A stretch of 64,000 nucleotides of DNA from Bradymonadales bacterium. GTDB taxonomy: Bacteria; Bdellovibrionota; UBA2394. The stretch's first letter is position 1; each line of letters opens with the position of its first letter. A model generated the notes under the pieces. It was not told the origin of the DNA and did not search any database. It saw nothing but the letters and a program-made list of their open reading frames with translations. Location of the stretch: assembly GCA_007693605.1 (NCBI GenBank), contig REDG01000024.1:13013-77012 (forward strand). Direction: 5' to 3'. A program made the translations under genes and the position numbers. Positions 20,322 through 31,147 of this stretch are shown here, piece after piece.

Positions 20322-22043
20322 GTGATTTTCAATTGGAAACCCCTGTTTTGCTCTCTCTTCCTGGTCGTGGGCGGCCTTGGTAATGCTGCTATGGCAGGTG
20401 AGATCTATTTTCAATCGAAAGAATCGACCTCTGAAAAGATCGGCCTCCCACAAGCCAGAGAATTTTTTGAGAGCCAGGGTTACGAGAGGGTCTCCCTCCC
20501 CTTTCCCTTCCAGTTAGTTGATCGCGTAGACGCGAAACAAGAAGAGGGCCTGAAGAGTCTTCGAATCGGCTATCTGAATAGTTTCGGCGGTCTCGCGGGA
20601 GCTGAGCTTGTCGATCGAAGCGTCGCGGTATTGCTGCCCATTGACTTTCCTCAGAATGTAGAAGCTGACTTTCTTGCCGCCTTCGAACTAGAAAAGATTT
20701 TAGACGAGATCCAGGTCTCCATTCCAGAGATCGCTACTCAAGGCGCCAAGTCCGCTCTGATAGAGGCTTTTGAACTGATTCGTTCAACTCTTCCCCAGAT
20801 TGAGGCCGATCAAGCCCTTGAAATTTTAAAGCGCTCAAGCTCTCCCAACGCTTTAAGCCTTAGCTCTTCAGATTTTCCAGGGAGCTTGAATGCCTACCGC
20901 GCCGTTCGTTATGCCGATAAAATTTTTTGGCGTTGTAACCAAGTTGCAGCCCGACAATCAAGTTGTGTTCAGCAACACCTTAGAAAGGAACTCTGGGACG
21001 AGCTAAGGGAAGAACTGAATAGGAAATCGAAAGAGGCTTTTTCGAGGTCAGGCGAAGAGAAGACACAAGAGGCAGCTCTAGCCTATTTGCAAGAGGCCTT
21101 TCTTTTGAATCCTGAAAATCTCAGTTTGAGTTTGGAGATCTCAAGGGGGTTAAAAAAGAGGGCCGGGTCTCCTGATCAAAACCCAGAGCGCTGGCTGCAG
21201 GCCACCTACTATGCCTCCATCTCGAACGAGTCTGCTGAATCTCTTGAGCGGGGAGAGCTTGGAGTTTCTCGCCTTGAGAACAATCGACGATGGCCATCTT
21301 GGTCGAGAGACGAGCCCAATCACTTCAGACTGCTTGAAATCTATCGCCGGTTAGGAAATCTGTTGGCTCGTGCCAGTCTATCTCCAAGCGCTGAGACTCC
21401 GGTTTTGAACTCATTTCGAAGTCAAGACGAAGTGGAGCAAATGGCTGCTGCGCTTTTCTCTTTGCATCGAGCTTCAGTTGGGGGTCGCGCCCTGTTGAAT
21501 CTTCGAGATCGAAGCTCGAAAGCATCGGATTGGGCAAGCAAACAGATTTTCTTGTCGACTCATGCAGACAATTCTTTAAAGCGCCGCTTGTTAAGGGCCA
21601 TGCTTCTCACCGAAACAGAGCTGAGAGACTTCGGCCTCGCCCAGCTCGAGAAGTGGCTAAGCACTCAGCCCACTCAAGACTCGCATGTCCTGTTGGTCGA
21701 GGTTTTTCCGCAGGCCTCAAAACAAACCCAACAACTTCTTCTGGGACTGTTTGAAAGGTCGAAAGCTTCTGAAACACACTTCCAAACTTGGGCGGGCAGC
21801 CTAGGACCTTTGTTTTTTTCGGAACTTCGAGGATTGTCTCAAGAGAATCAGGAAGCTTTTTTCCAAGTCTTTCGTCGCGCAGTTCAAAGATCGATCCCCG
21901 AGGCTTTGGCGAGCACTGCTCCAGATCAAGTCTTTGATGTTGAGGCCTATCTCCGCTCTCAAGACTTTATAGATTCCCTGCCCGTATCGGTGAGACATCA
22001 AGCCAGTCAGTACTTCAGAAACCTCAACAAGACTACGCCCTGA
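20322..22043 (+). CDS. hypothetical secreted protein (573 aa)
   Basis: Signal peptide MIFNWKPLFCSLFLVVGGLGNAAMA. Helical and repetitive, with no recognisable catalytic motif. Confidence 0.4.
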   Translation: MIFNWKPLFCSLFLVVGGLGNAAMAGEIYFQSKESTSEKIGLPQAREFFESQGYERVSLPFPFQLVDRVDAKQEEGLKSLRIGYLNSFGGLAGAELVDRSVAVLLPIDFPQNVEADFLAAFELEKILDEIQVSIPEIATQGAKSALIEAFELIRSTLPQIEADQALEILKRSSSPNALSLSSSDFPGSLNAYRAVRYADKIFWRCNQVAARQSSCVQQHLRKELWDELREELNRKSKEAFSRSGEEKTQEAALAYLQEAFLLNPENLSLSLEISRGLKKRAGSPDQNPERWLQATYYASISNESAESLERGELGVSRLENNRRWPSWSRDEPNHFRLLEIYRRLGNLLARASLSPSAETPVLNSFRSQDEVEQMAAALFSLHRASVGGRALLNLRDRSSKASDWASKQIFLSTHADNSLKRRLLRAMLLTETELRDFGLAQLEKWLSTQPTQDSHVLLVEVFPQASKQTQQLLLGLFERSKASETHFQTWAGSLGPLFFSELRGLSQENQEAFFQVFRRAVQRSIPEALASTAPDQVFDVEAYLRSQDFIDSLPVSVRHQASQYFRNLNKTTP

Positions 22044-22186
22044 GCTCAATGACCCCCAGATCCAATGCTGTCCTGAACCGACAAAGTTTGCGTAGTCAGG
22101 CTGTCGTTGCCAGGCCCATTTCGGCCAGGATCCCACTCTAAGAGCATGGGATCTTCCGTAGAACCGTTCGCCTTCTTGCATGAATC

Positions 22187-22948
22187 TTGCAGACCATCTC
22201 AATGGGTGCCTATTTGATGAAATGGTCTAAAGTTGCGCTGTTACTCGCCTTTTGTGCGTCTCTGTTTGGACTGCCAATTCCAACTCCTTCGGCGGAGATT
22301 TGTCGGAGCCTCATTTCTCGTGTTCTTGAGATACAGAACAACCCCACACAATTCTATCCTGACGCTGACCCAGTTGAGCTTCAGAGAAGGCTTGAACGAA
22401 TACTCGCTCGTCTTCGAGTTCGGCCAGAACAAAGATGGAGAGAGGGAAGAGAGTTCTACGAGACGGACGCTGATGTAAGAGCCGCCTTAGAGAATGGGGA
22501 ATTGATCGAAACGACAGAAAGGCCCGGAGTTGGCATCAGCGGAAACATGACCTACAAAGTTTCTACTCCGATTCTTGATCGGGTGATGGACAAAATAGCA
22601 GAAGACTTTATCCAAGCCTTAGAGACTGAAGGCTTGGATACTCAAAATACTAAAATCGTCGTGTCGAGCATTGTTCGACCGCATGATTATCAACAACTCC
22701 TTGCTGGTGAAGGCCGGCCATCCGCATCGAGAAGCTCGCACAGTTACGGAATTGCCTTTGACATCTCTTACCAGTGGTTTGAAGAACACTCTCCGCAGAA
22801 GGCTGAAGTTCTACGAACGGTCTTAGAAAGGTTTCAAGCTGAGGGAAAAATCAATCTTGTTCAAGAGGAATTCGAACAAGTGTGGCATATTGCAGTCTCC
22901 CCAGAGTTTTATCGAGAGATTGAAAGCGAAAGGGAGCGCGCTCGCTAG
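22187..22948 (+). CDS. secreted protein, possible peptidase M15 / LAS-family metallopeptidase
   Basis: Signal peptide. The SSHSYGIAFDIS segment resembles the SxHxxGxAxD zinc-ligand motif of VanY/M15 peptidases. Confidence 0.35.
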   Translation: MQTISMGAYLMKWSKVALLLAFCASLFGLPIPTPSAEICRSLISRVLEIQNNPTQFYPDADPVELQRRLERILARLRVRPEQRWREGREFYETDADVRAALENGELIETTERPGVGISGNMTYKVSTPILDRVMDKIAEDFIQALETEGLDTQNTKIVVSSIVRPHDYQQLLAGEGRPSASRSSHSYGIAFDISYQWFEEHSPQKAEVLRTVLERFQAEGKINLVQEEFEQVWHIAVSPEFYREIESERERAR

Positions 22949-23138
22949 ACACAGGTCGTTTCAATACTGAGACGACTGACTCTACCCATACGGGTAATTG
23001 GGGAGCCAAAAAGGGCTTCTTGGCCTCCACCCTCTCTCGCTAAGGCTCTCCCTGCCTGAACCAGAGCCCCATAAAGTGCCTTGGCTCATCCGACTGAAGG
23101 GCTTGACACTGATTTGAAATTGTATTGGCATCTCGCTG

Positions 23139-24308
23139 ATGTGCAGACAAAGAAGATTTTCAGGCAGCTTTAGAGCTTTAACAGGCCCCAAGATCCTTTT
23201 GCTCAGTTTTGGGCTTTTAGTTTTCCTAACTCTCAATCAAACCATCGGAGCCGCAGTCCTCAGATGTGGTGAAGCCATTGAGGCGTCATTCTTGAGGGGC
23301 GAGATTGCGCAGACCTTCCACGGCGAGCAAGTGGAGGGCGGCGCTCGTCATCTTGTTCGGGTCGGAGGACACGACTTTTATTTTGAAAGGGGAGGAGGCG
23401 AAGCCATTGTGCTTTCAAACCCGCTGAACACTGACGGAGCTCCGATAGTTTTAATGGACCTTAGAGGGACACTAGAGGAGAGATCTCGGTCACGCGGGCG
23501 TTTCACGAAGGTAGAGGCAGAGGCTATCCAGGTGGTGAGGCAGGCTTTCGAGACGAAGGTAGTCGGGGGCAGCTGGACACCCAATCTACCCAAGGATTAT
23601 GATCGACTTCTGGAGAGCCATTGGGGCCATCACCGCTCTTATGAGCTTAGGCTCCCAGACGGCAGGACGGGGGGAATCAATCAAAATCAGACTCATTTAT
23701 CGATTGGTTCCGGTGATCCAGGAGCGCCCGTTATTCCCTTAGTGTCGCCACAGCTTGGAGAGAAGTGGCTGAATCGTCTTGTGCTTCGACTTCGGCTTGA
23801 GGCGCCTGGGCTTGAACTGGGTGAACACGGAGCCCCAAGGCCTCAGAGACTAGATCTGATTGTTTTTCAAATCTCAAAGTGGGCAACTCGTGGTAGCACA
23901 CCGGAGTTCGCCGTCGTAATCTTTCGATCGCATCCGGCGTCCGGCAGTCGCGCCCCAAGGGAGGGCATTTGGTTTCGCGCAAGTATTGACCAAACCAGCC
24001 CAGGAGTGCTCCGCTTCAAGGATACTGAATTCGACGGCCAATTTCTTGAGCTGCATCAAGGTGATTTTTCAGACACGGGCAATCGATTTGTATCGGCACG
24101 AGGAGTCATAGGCGGAGATAGAACCTATGGAGCTGGCTCTGAAGCTCATCAACTACTGTACCCATTTTCCGTCCAAGCCCGTGGAGAGGAGTCTTTCCCC
24201 GTAGTCCCCGACTCTTGGCCAGGCCCTCAACATATCTTTGAGCAATTGAGCAGCAGAAACGGCGCCCGTTGGATCGCGATGCCTCCCGAAGACTCCGAAA
24301 CCGACTAG
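23139..24308 (+). CDS. hypothetical secreted protein
   Basis: Hydrophobic N-terminus (ILLLSFGLLVFLTL). No recognisable family. Confidence 0.35.
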   Translation: MCRQRRFSGSFRALTGPKILLLSFGLLVFLTLNQTIGAAVLRCGEAIEASFLRGEIAQTFHGEQVEGGARHLVRVGGHDFYFERGGGEAIVLSNPLNTDGAPIVLMDLRGTLEERSRSRGRFTKVEAEAIQVVRQAFETKVVGGSWTPNLPKDYDRLLESHWGHHRSYELRLPDGRTGGINQNQTHLSIGSGDPGAPVIPLVSPQLGEKWLNRLVLRLRLEAPGLELGEHGAPRPQRLDLIVFQISKWATRGSTPEFAVVIFRSHPASGSRAPREGIWFRASIDQTSPGVLRFKDTEFDGQFLELHQGDFSDTGNRFVSARGVIGGDRTYGAGSEAHQLLYPFSVQARGEESFPVVPDSWPGPQHIFEQLSSRNGARWIAMPPEDSETD

Positions 24309-25060
24309 TGGCCCGATCGGCGACGCCATCGTTGACCGTGTTTTAGGATCCAGAGAGTTTGAGGCGAGACGGGAGGTCGAGTCCAATTGGCCACAATCTT
24401 TCGTGCGAGTGCAGGTTCTTCTTTGAATAGATCGTTTAGATTGTTTCCCACACTCTTTTGAACAAACTTTTCTGGTGAGTCTTTCAGGTGCTCAAGAATC
24501 TCGTAGCAAGCCTCGAAATAATCTTTGAAAAGATTGAGCTTCTTTGCCCAGGGCAGCCGGATTCGGATGCCTTCGGACGATAGGCGGCGGACATGAACGC
24601 TCGGCTCTCGACTCCAGCTCTTGAGCTTTGAAAGACTCCTTTTTGGATACTTCTCAAGCAAAGGACGAATGGCGAACTCGCCCGTAAATCTCTTCGTCAA
24701 TTCTTTAATGAAATCGAGGCTCTCATTGATTTTTGAAGGCTCTGTGCCCGCGTTCCGCTCGACAAACCTTCCGATCGGCCAAAGCCACCAACCCTCCCGA
24801 AACATTCCGGTCTCGGTTTCGAGCTCTGGCCCAAGTATTTTCGTGAAGAGCTTGAGCGCACCCGAGTAATCTTCGTCGAGTTCCTTTTCAAGAGCTTCAG
24901 CAAACAAATCTTGCCGCTCCAGAAACTCCCTGCCTCGAAGGCCCCTTCGAATCTGATCGATAAAGTTCTTCGAACGAAAACCCTTCTTCTCTCTTTTGAT
25001 TTTCTCAGAGAGAAGTTCGGCTAGTTGCAGATTGTAGTAGTCCTTTAGTTTCTTCGGCAC
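24305..25060 (-). CDS. DNA alkylation repair enzyme-like (AlkD/HEAT-repeat family) protein
   Basis: About 250 aa, helical repeat protein with W/R-rich motifs (EGWWLWPIGRF, VHVRRLSSEGIR). Family assignment is tentative. Confidence 0.35.
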   Translation of the reverse strand: MPKKLKDYYNLQLAELLSEKIKREKKGFRSKNFIDQIRRGLRGREFLERQDLFAEALEKELDEDYSGALKLFTKILGPELETETGMFREGWWLWPIGRFVERNAGTEPSKINESLDFIKELTKRFTGEFAIRPLLEKYPKRSLSKLKSWSREPSVHVRRLSSEGIRIRLPWAKKLNLFKDYFEACYEILEHLKDSPEKFVQKSVGNNLNDLFKEEPALARKIVANWTRPPVSPQTLWILKHGQRWRRRSGH

Positions 25061-25205
25061 GCCCGCACTCTAACACCAACTTGCCCAGCGGGGCAGAAAA
25101 GAGAGGCTTCTCTTATTGGAATCCACACTGAATGCCGACTCAAGACAAAAGCCTGAGGCTGTCTCAGTTTGAATACAAATCTAGACAGCCCCAAACCCTA
25201 CAAGA

Positions 25206-25589
25206 TTATCGAAGACCTAGTTGTCGATCTGCAGCCTCCTGAAGTTCCTTGGCCTGTCGCAGGCATGCGGACTCGTCAGTTAAAACTCCCAGATTCGTCG
25301 TAACAGACTGCCCATCAAGATTGACAACAATCTGTGTTAAATCGTGACGAGAGACCATTCCCTTGGTCAGAGCACAAGAGTAAGACACAAGTATTCGCTT
25401 CTTTGCGCGTGAAATATCACAAGATACCGCATAGTCAATCTCGTCACAAAACAGCTTTGTGACCGAACCGGGGGAAACCTGAACTTCTTTCAAGGGAACA
25501 CGGGCAAAAGCCGAAGACCCTGCGCCGAGGCCCAAGAAAAGTGCCGTGATAGTAAAGATTGTTTTTCTCATTTCATACTCCTTCATCAT
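25206..25589 (-). CDS. small secreted hypothetical protein
   Basis: Signal peptide MRKTIFTITALFLGLGAGSSAFA. Confidence 0.4.
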   Translation of the reverse strand: MMKEYEMRKTIFTITALFLGLGAGSSAFARVPLKEVQVSPGSVTKLFCDEIDYAVSCDISRAKKRILVSYSCALTKGMVSRHDLTQIVVNLDGQSVTTNLGVLTDESACLRQAKELQEAADRQLGLR

Positions 25590-25760
25590 TTGTTCACTAA
25601 CATTATTTTTAGACTAATCAATTTACTGGATGAGAAGCATTGCAAGTTCAGGGCCAGCCTAGAGATCCCCAAAAAGACACACTTTAGCCCTAACCGGTGC
25701 AGTCTGTAGTCTTTAGTCCAAACCTCTGTGGGGATTTCACTACAACTAGAAAGAATAAAC

Positions 25761-26192
25761 TCACTGACAATCGGGGCAGACTCCAAAGAAGTCTAACTGG
25801 TGAGAAATGTCTTTAAAGCCCCTGATCCACTTCTGCTTTGAAAGGGCCGGAACGAAGCACTCGGGCACGCTTTCTACTCTTCGACAAAGACGGCAAACAA
25901 GATGATGGTGATGCTTCGATTGAGCTTGCTGTTCACTCAGTTCAAATCTCGATCGGCCCTCTCCCCAGTCCAACTTATCGACTAAACCAAGCCCTTCGAA
26001 AGACTGAAGACTTCGGTAAACGGTCGCTAGATCACATGAACCTGGTGGAAGTCTTTCATAAAGCTCTTCGGCAGCCAGAGCACAGCTTTCCCTTGAAAGC
26101 AACTCGAGCAATGCAAGCCGCGTTCGTGAACTCTTCAATCCACAAGCCCTCAGGTAGTTTCGCCAGTAGTTTGCATCTCTCGCGGCCACCAA
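25761..26192 (-). CDS. Fur-family metal-responsive transcriptional regulator
   Basis: SRTRLALLELL winged helix, ATVYRSL, an HHHH...CRLC...C metal-site pattern and a C-terminal CPDC. Confidence 0.8.
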   Translation of the reverse strand: MVAARDANYWRNYLRACGLKSSRTRLALLELLSRESCALAAEELYERLPPGSCDLATVYRSLQSFEGLGLVDKLDWGEGRSRFELSEQQAQSKHHHHLVCRLCRRVESVPECFVPALSKQKWIRGFKDISHQLDFFGVCPDCQ

Positions 26193-26373
26193 AGAGTCCT
26201 AGCAAACCTCAGGCCCCAACTCAACTCGGGCTACCCAAGACCAGAACAAAGCCCGCACTCGCTTCCCTAAGGTCTCGAAAAGACAGAGGGATGGATCCCG
26301 GCCAAGCATCGTCAAGCTGCCCCCAGCCACCCTAATGTCTAGCAATCGACTCGAGATTGCTGACCCAAAAACC

Positions 26374-26808
26374 TTAGTCTAGGGCCTTGGCACAAACAAT
26401 TTCATCAAAAAAATAGCGTCGATAATAGCTATCGGCAGACGCCAGCGACCATCGCTCTAAGATACCGCTCGCCTCACGATCGGTAATCACCCAAAAGTCC
26501 AACGGACTGCCCGGATCAAAAACCTGAACCTCCCCTTTATAACTCTCCATTCGAGCAAAACCAAGACTGCGACAAATCAAAGTAGCATCCCCAGCAATAC
26601 GAGTATTCTCCAGAAAATCTTCAAGATCTCGAGACGCCACCGGAACACCTTCGATCTCGACTGGTTGAATGAGAACTCTTTCTTGTAAGTCTCGAGCCTC
26701 CTGCAGGCTAAGTTTTTTCATCGACTCATCCGCAGCCAAAGAACTCGGCCCCACAAAGCCTGCCATAGAAACAACCCAGACCAACGCCAAAACATATTTC
26801 ATATACAA
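26374..26808 (-). CDS. secreted hypothetical protein
   Basis: Signal peptide MYMKYVLALVWVVSMAGFVGPSSLA. Confidence 0.4.
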   Translation of the reverse strand: MYMKYVLALVWVVSMAGFVGPSSLAADESMKKLSLQEARDLQERVLIQPVEIEGVPVASRDLEDFLENTRIAGDATLICRSLGFARMESYKGEVQVFDPGSPLDFWVITDREASGILERWSLASADSYYRRYFFDEIVCAKALD

Positions 26809-27157
26809 CGCCCTTTCAGTTAAATTGAAGTGCAGAAATTACTCTTGCCCGGAACTAGCAATTCGGCACCAATCAAGCAATCGAATTCGATCACTCGTCG
26901 CCCTCGTCTAGCTTTAGGCTGCACCTCAGCCCAATTGCCTGACTTAAGTTAGTTAGCTCATGACCTAAGACCTGGGCCACTACATTTGCCAATCACCTCG
27001 TGAACAAAGGCGACCCGTTAAATATGCCGCAACTCAGACTTTCGAAGCTGTATCAGATAGCACCTAAGTGATCTTAAAGGTTCACGAAGGCAAGCCTTCA
27101 ACATGGGATTGAAAAGATAGGTCCGATCGACCCCTAGATCAACTCGCCAGCCTTCCG

Positions 27158-28234
27158 TTAATCTAACTCACTGTATTTCTGAACAACAAATTCAGATCCC
27201 GCAGAATGCTGACTAACTCCCAGCTCGATATTGGCCAGAAAGAAATCAAGCTCCGCCTGGGCTCTTTCCAGATCTTCAGCAGGAAGCTCATTGATAAACT
27301 CAGGCGGAAGCTCAGCCCAAACGGAGCGATAGCCGGAATGATAGAGTTGCTGAGCGAGAGGGTTTTTCATATAAGTGCTCAACACGGTTCGGGTCTTGTA
27401 TTCACGGGCCATTCGAGCCGCAAGCCATGTCACCAGATTTCCCAAGCCGGGAATGGAGACATGATGACCTTGCTCGACAAGCTCAGACGCAACAAATGCC
27501 GCCCCGATCACATGATAATAACGAGCCTCAACTCCGCCGGGACAGTTCGCATTGTATTTCAAGCAGTTTTCAGTTGCGATCTCAACCGCTCGAATCGCAT
27601 CTTTGTCCGGCAAGACACCGCCCATGGATGCCGGATGATAGAGGAGTGATGTACGCGAAGGCTTTAAGGCGTTAAGCCGTTTCAGTTTGCTCGCAGTCAT
27701 CTCAGAAATATCTTCAGGAATGGGGTAGGCTTCAATCCGATCATCCTGCCCGAAGGTTGCCAAAATCAAAAATGAGGAGGGAAGATCAGCATTCGTGTGC
27801 GCCTGTGCCAATGAAAAAAAATCGAGCGGACAGCGGTCGGAAAGTTTTGGCACAGCCGGCTCCATCTCCGAGTCACACTCTCGTAAGCGAGCGTAAAATT
27901 GAAGGCTCTGCTCTAACAACTCAGGTTCGCTGACAAGTCGCTCTAAAATAAACTGCCGCAGCGCAACATTCCCCTCAGTGAAACGATAGCCTGCTTTGTA
28001 GTCGAGACCCGCCTTGTAGAAGACAATCTGATGGGCAGCGTGGATTGCGCCATTGAGCATCGCAAGATCCCGTAGCCCCCCACCCTCTGCTCGCACCTTT
28101 GAAACGATTTCCGAAATCTCATGCAGTAAAGAATGGTCAGCTCGGCTCTCGCTCCCACTCAAGCTCAAAGCCAGACAAAGGCAAGCGCTGCCAAGGCAAA
28201 AAACCGCTATCAATGACCGGCCAAAGAGACCCAT
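27158..28234 (-). CDS. secreted hypothetical protein (358 aa)
   Basis: Signal peptide. No recognisable domain. Confidence 0.4.
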   Translation of the reverse strand: MGLFGRSLIAVFCLGSACLCLALSLSGSESRADHSLLHEISEIVSKVRAEGGGLRDLAMLNGAIHAAHQIVFYKAGLDYKAGYRFTEGNVALRQFILERLVSEPELLEQSLQFYARLRECDSEMEPAVPKLSDRCPLDFFSLAQAHTNADLPSSFLILATFGQDDRIEAYPIPEDISEMTASKLKRLNALKPSRTSLLYHPASMGGVLPDKDAIRAVEIATENCLKYNANCPGGVEARYYHVIGAAFVASELVEQGHHVSIPGLGNLVTWLAARMAREYKTRTVLSTYMKNPLAQQLYHSGYRSVWAELPPEFINELPAEDLERAQAELDFFLANIELGVSQHSAGSEFVVQKYSELD

Positions 28235-28440
28235 AGGGGCTTACGAAATAGCAGAAAGCCTCTGCTTGTAAAATGGGCCCCTGCAAGCCATACAGCCCCC
28301 AAGTGCGGCAATTCGCTACAGCTCCCCCTGCCCCCCCCAACCAGAATAAGCCCCAGTTGCCCATGGCCTTGAGTGTGGGAGAATGCTTCTATCCTGAAAA
28401 CACAATGCCCAGCTATGAAATGGATGAGGATTGACCCCAC

Positions 28441-29133
28441 ATGAAAGTGAACAGGTGGCCGCGATGGTTGAACACCTATCATGACTTTCCGGTCATGATG
28501 AAAGCTTATTTCTCAAGGGTCAGCTTTCTCCTGTGGCCCCTTCTGCTTTTGTACGGCATGGGGTGTGGCGCATTGATTTACATTTACTATCTGATTTGTA
28601 AACACACTTGTTCAATTGAAGTCCGTATACCGAGCAATATGCCTTCCTCCTATATCCGATGCGTATGGCACCAAAACTTCAACCTCTTCTTAACCGCTTC
28701 CCCTCGATTTCAGCGTGAGGTTTGGATGAATCACCCTCAGCCTTACATGATTCCCTGGTACTTTGTTTCAAAGTTATTGGGAGTCTTTAAAATGATTCCG
28801 GGTTCCTCAGGTCACAGTGGCCGAATCGCGGCAGACCACATTGTAGGCTTTTTGCGGCAAGGATATTGTACAAGCGTGCTTCCAGATGGTCCAAATGGCC
28901 CGCCAAGAACACTCGAGAAGGGCATACTCCATATGGCACAACAAGGAGGGGTGCCAATAGTCCCGATCATCGTAAGGGGGACAAAGTGCATAAAGTTAAA
29001 GTCCTGGGACTCAAAGCTCCTTCCGATTCCATTCGTCTCTAAAATTCAAATTCAATACCTAACCCCCACCTATGTCCAAGAAAGTGAATTCGTGTCGGCA
29101 GAGCGCGATCTTGTGTCGAAGTTAAATCTATAA
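28441..29133 (+). CDS. DUF374-like (lysophospholipid acyltransferase-related) membrane protein
   Basis: WHQ and PDGPNGP motifs resemble the DUF374 signature (WHG...DGPRGP). N-terminal transmembrane segment. Confidence 0.4.
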   Translation: MKVNRWPRWLNTYHDFPVMMKAYFSRVSFLLWPLLLLYGMGCGALIYIYYLICKHTCSIEVRIPSNMPSSYIRCVWHQNFNLFLTASPRFQREVWMNHPQPYMIPWYFVSKLLGVFKMIPGSSGHSGRIAADHIVGFLRQGYCTSVLPDGPNGPPRTLEKGILHMAQQGGVPIVPIIVRGTKCIKLKSWDSKLLPIPFVSKIQIQYLTPTYVQESEFVSAERDLVSKLNL

Positions 29134-29212
29134 GTTTCTTGCTTGGGGCCAAGGCCGATTGTACTCGGGAGCCCGTTGACAATACTCCATAAAAACGGCA
29201 TTATTATGGAGT

Positions 29213-30367
29213 ATGTTCCACAGAGAATTCAGCCCCCTAAAATCACGCAGCTTTTTTCTCCTGGGGGCGCGGGGAACTGGTAAGTCGACTTGGGTGAAAG
29301 GGGAGTTTACGAAAGACTTCCACTACATTGATCTACTCCAAGAGAAATTTGAATCTCGCTACCAACGAAACCCCGACCTACTCGAGGCAGATCTTAGGGC
29401 TTTAAAGCCCAAACCCATCTGGGTGATTATCGATGAAATTCAAAAGGTTCCAAAGCTTCTGGATATTGTCCACCGACTCATCGAGTCGAGCAAAATGAAG
29501 TTTGTCTTGACGGGCTCCAGCGCGAGAAAACTCAAACGCCAATCTGCTAATCTCTTGGCGGGAAGGGCCAATGTCTACGAGCTTTTCCCCTTGAGTTGTC
29601 GTGAGTTAGGAGATGATTTTAAGCTCGACGAGATCCTCTGTTGGGGCAGCCTTCCAAGCATCTTTGCTCTCAAGAGTGCCCGAGAGAAATCTAGCTACCT
29701 CAAAGCCTACTGCCAGACCTATTTAAAAGAAGAGATCCTCATTGAGCAGCTTGTAAGAAATGGTCAAAGCTTTCGTGACTTTCTACTTCTTGCGGCTCTT
29801 GAGAATGGCAATAGTCTCAATTTTTCAAAGATTGGCAGAGATCTCAATGTCGATGTCAAATCTGTCCAAACTTTTTTCTCAATTCTTGAGGATACTTTAC
29901 TTGGATTCTACCTACCCTCCTTTCATCGTTCCTTGCGAAAATCACAGAAGAAACAGCCTAAATTTTATCTTTTCGACACTGGTGTGAAGCGCGCCATGGA
30001 AGGAACCTTGAAGGGCGCTCTGCAACCGCGAACGGCTGCCTACGGAAAAGCTTTTGAACACTTTTTCATTCTCGAAGCTTTCCGAATGAATCGCTACTGG
30101 GAAGCGGACTATCGGTTTTCTCATTACGCTGAAGTTCGAGGGGGCGAGATCGACCTGGTGTTGTCGCGCGGAAAAGAAGTGTTCGCTGTAGAAGTTAAGT
30201 CTGGAGATCAGGTAGATCCTATCGAAGTTAAAAAATTTTCAAGACTCGCAGATGTGCTTAAGCCTTCACGAAAGATTCTTGTCTCTCAAGATCCCATTGC
30301 TTCCAGCATTGAGGGAGTTGATTGCCTGAGTTGGCAAAGAGCTCTCAAAGAGATTTTTGCCCAGTGA
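29213..30367 (+). CDS. AAA-superfamily ATPase, AAA_14/DUF4143 type
   Basis: Walker A LLGARGTGKST and Walker B VIIDEIQ motifs. The C-terminal region is typical of DUF4143. Confidence 0.75.
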   Translation: MFHREFSPLKSRSFFLLGARGTGKSTWVKGEFTKDFHYIDLLQEKFESRYQRNPDLLEADLRALKPKPIWVIIDEIQKVPKLLDIVHRLIESSKMKFVLTGSSARKLKRQSANLLAGRANVYELFPLSCRELGDDFKLDEILCWGSLPSIFALKSAREKSSYLKAYCQTYLKEEILIEQLVRNGQSFRDFLLLAALENGNSLNFSKIGRDLNVDVKSVQTFFSILEDTLLGFYLPSFHRSLRKSQKKQPKFYLFDTGVKRAMEGTLKGALQPRTAAYGKAFEHFFILEAFRMNRYWEADYRFSHYAEVRGGEIDLVLSRGKEVFAVEVKSGDQVDPIEVKKFSRLADVLKPSRKILVSQDPIASSIEGVDCLSWQRALKEIFAQ

Positions 30368-30517
30368 TCTTACTTCAATCCCATGGCTGCGACTAAAGAG
30401 AAGGATAGCGTCAACCAACGCGCAAATGACGCGCCACATTCCGATTCTCAAACAGTCTGCCGGCCAGCCCTTCTGCTCTTTTCCTGGGCGCTCCTCGACT
30501 AGCGGTAGCCGAGACTT

Positions 30518-31147
30518 GTGAAGATCCAGATTCTGAAGATACAATGGGCTCAGAGAGGAGCCCCTATGTTTCGTATTTTCTTAAGCCTTATTCTTTTTAC
30601 AAGCTGTTTAGTGAATGTCTCAACCGGCTACGCTCAAATCAATGAGTTTAGACAGAGACTCCTCACTCCTGGGGAAGTCGTCACTTCCAATGTCGAGCCG
30701 ATTCGTTACGCCAAGGCTAATATTAAATTTGTACATCAGTGGATGGAATTGGATGAAGAGCAGCCTTGGTTTTCGGATGAGATTTGTCTGATTCAAGCGA
30801 AGATTCCGGTTTACGATGTCAGAGGCCTCAATATGTTTCATTCTCCAGTAGATGTCATCGAAACCTGCTCCTTTGACATTCACTCCGCCGACGGAATTCA
30901 CAACCACAAGTTAAAGATCGAGATGGGCGGTTTCATTGCCATTGCAGACTTCGATGAAGGTGAGCGAAAAGTTTATTTGCCTTGGTATATCGTCCAGCAA
31001 GACGCGGGCCCGAAGTGGGTCAACAGTGGCTACCTCGACGTTTCAGATCTTCATGTGAGAGAGGTGACCCTGCTTTTAGAAGACCACAAACGCTTTTACA
31101 AGGGTGGTCGCATTACCGCGAACCTTCGGATTATTGACACCAATTGA
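30518..31147 (+). CDS. secreted hypothetical protein
   Basis: Signal peptide MFRIFLSLILFTSCLVNVSTGYA; the likely start is at the internal M. Confidence 0.4.
   Translation: MKIQILKIQWAQRGAPMFRIFLSLILFTSCLVNVSTGYAQINEFRQRLLTPGEVVTSNVEPIRYAKANIKFVHQWMELDEEQPWFSDEICLIQAKIPVYDVRGLNMFHSPVDVIETCSFDIHSADGIHNHKLKIEMGGFIAIADFDEGERKVYLPWYIVQQDAGPKWVNSGYLDVSDLHVREVTLLLEDHKRFYKGGRITANLRIIDTN

Noticed and set aside
26417-26440. Fur-box-like GATAATAGCTATC near the Fur-family regulator gene
   Set aside because: Only the outer 5 nt are palindromic, and it lies inside the coding region of the adjacent ORF 26374-26808.
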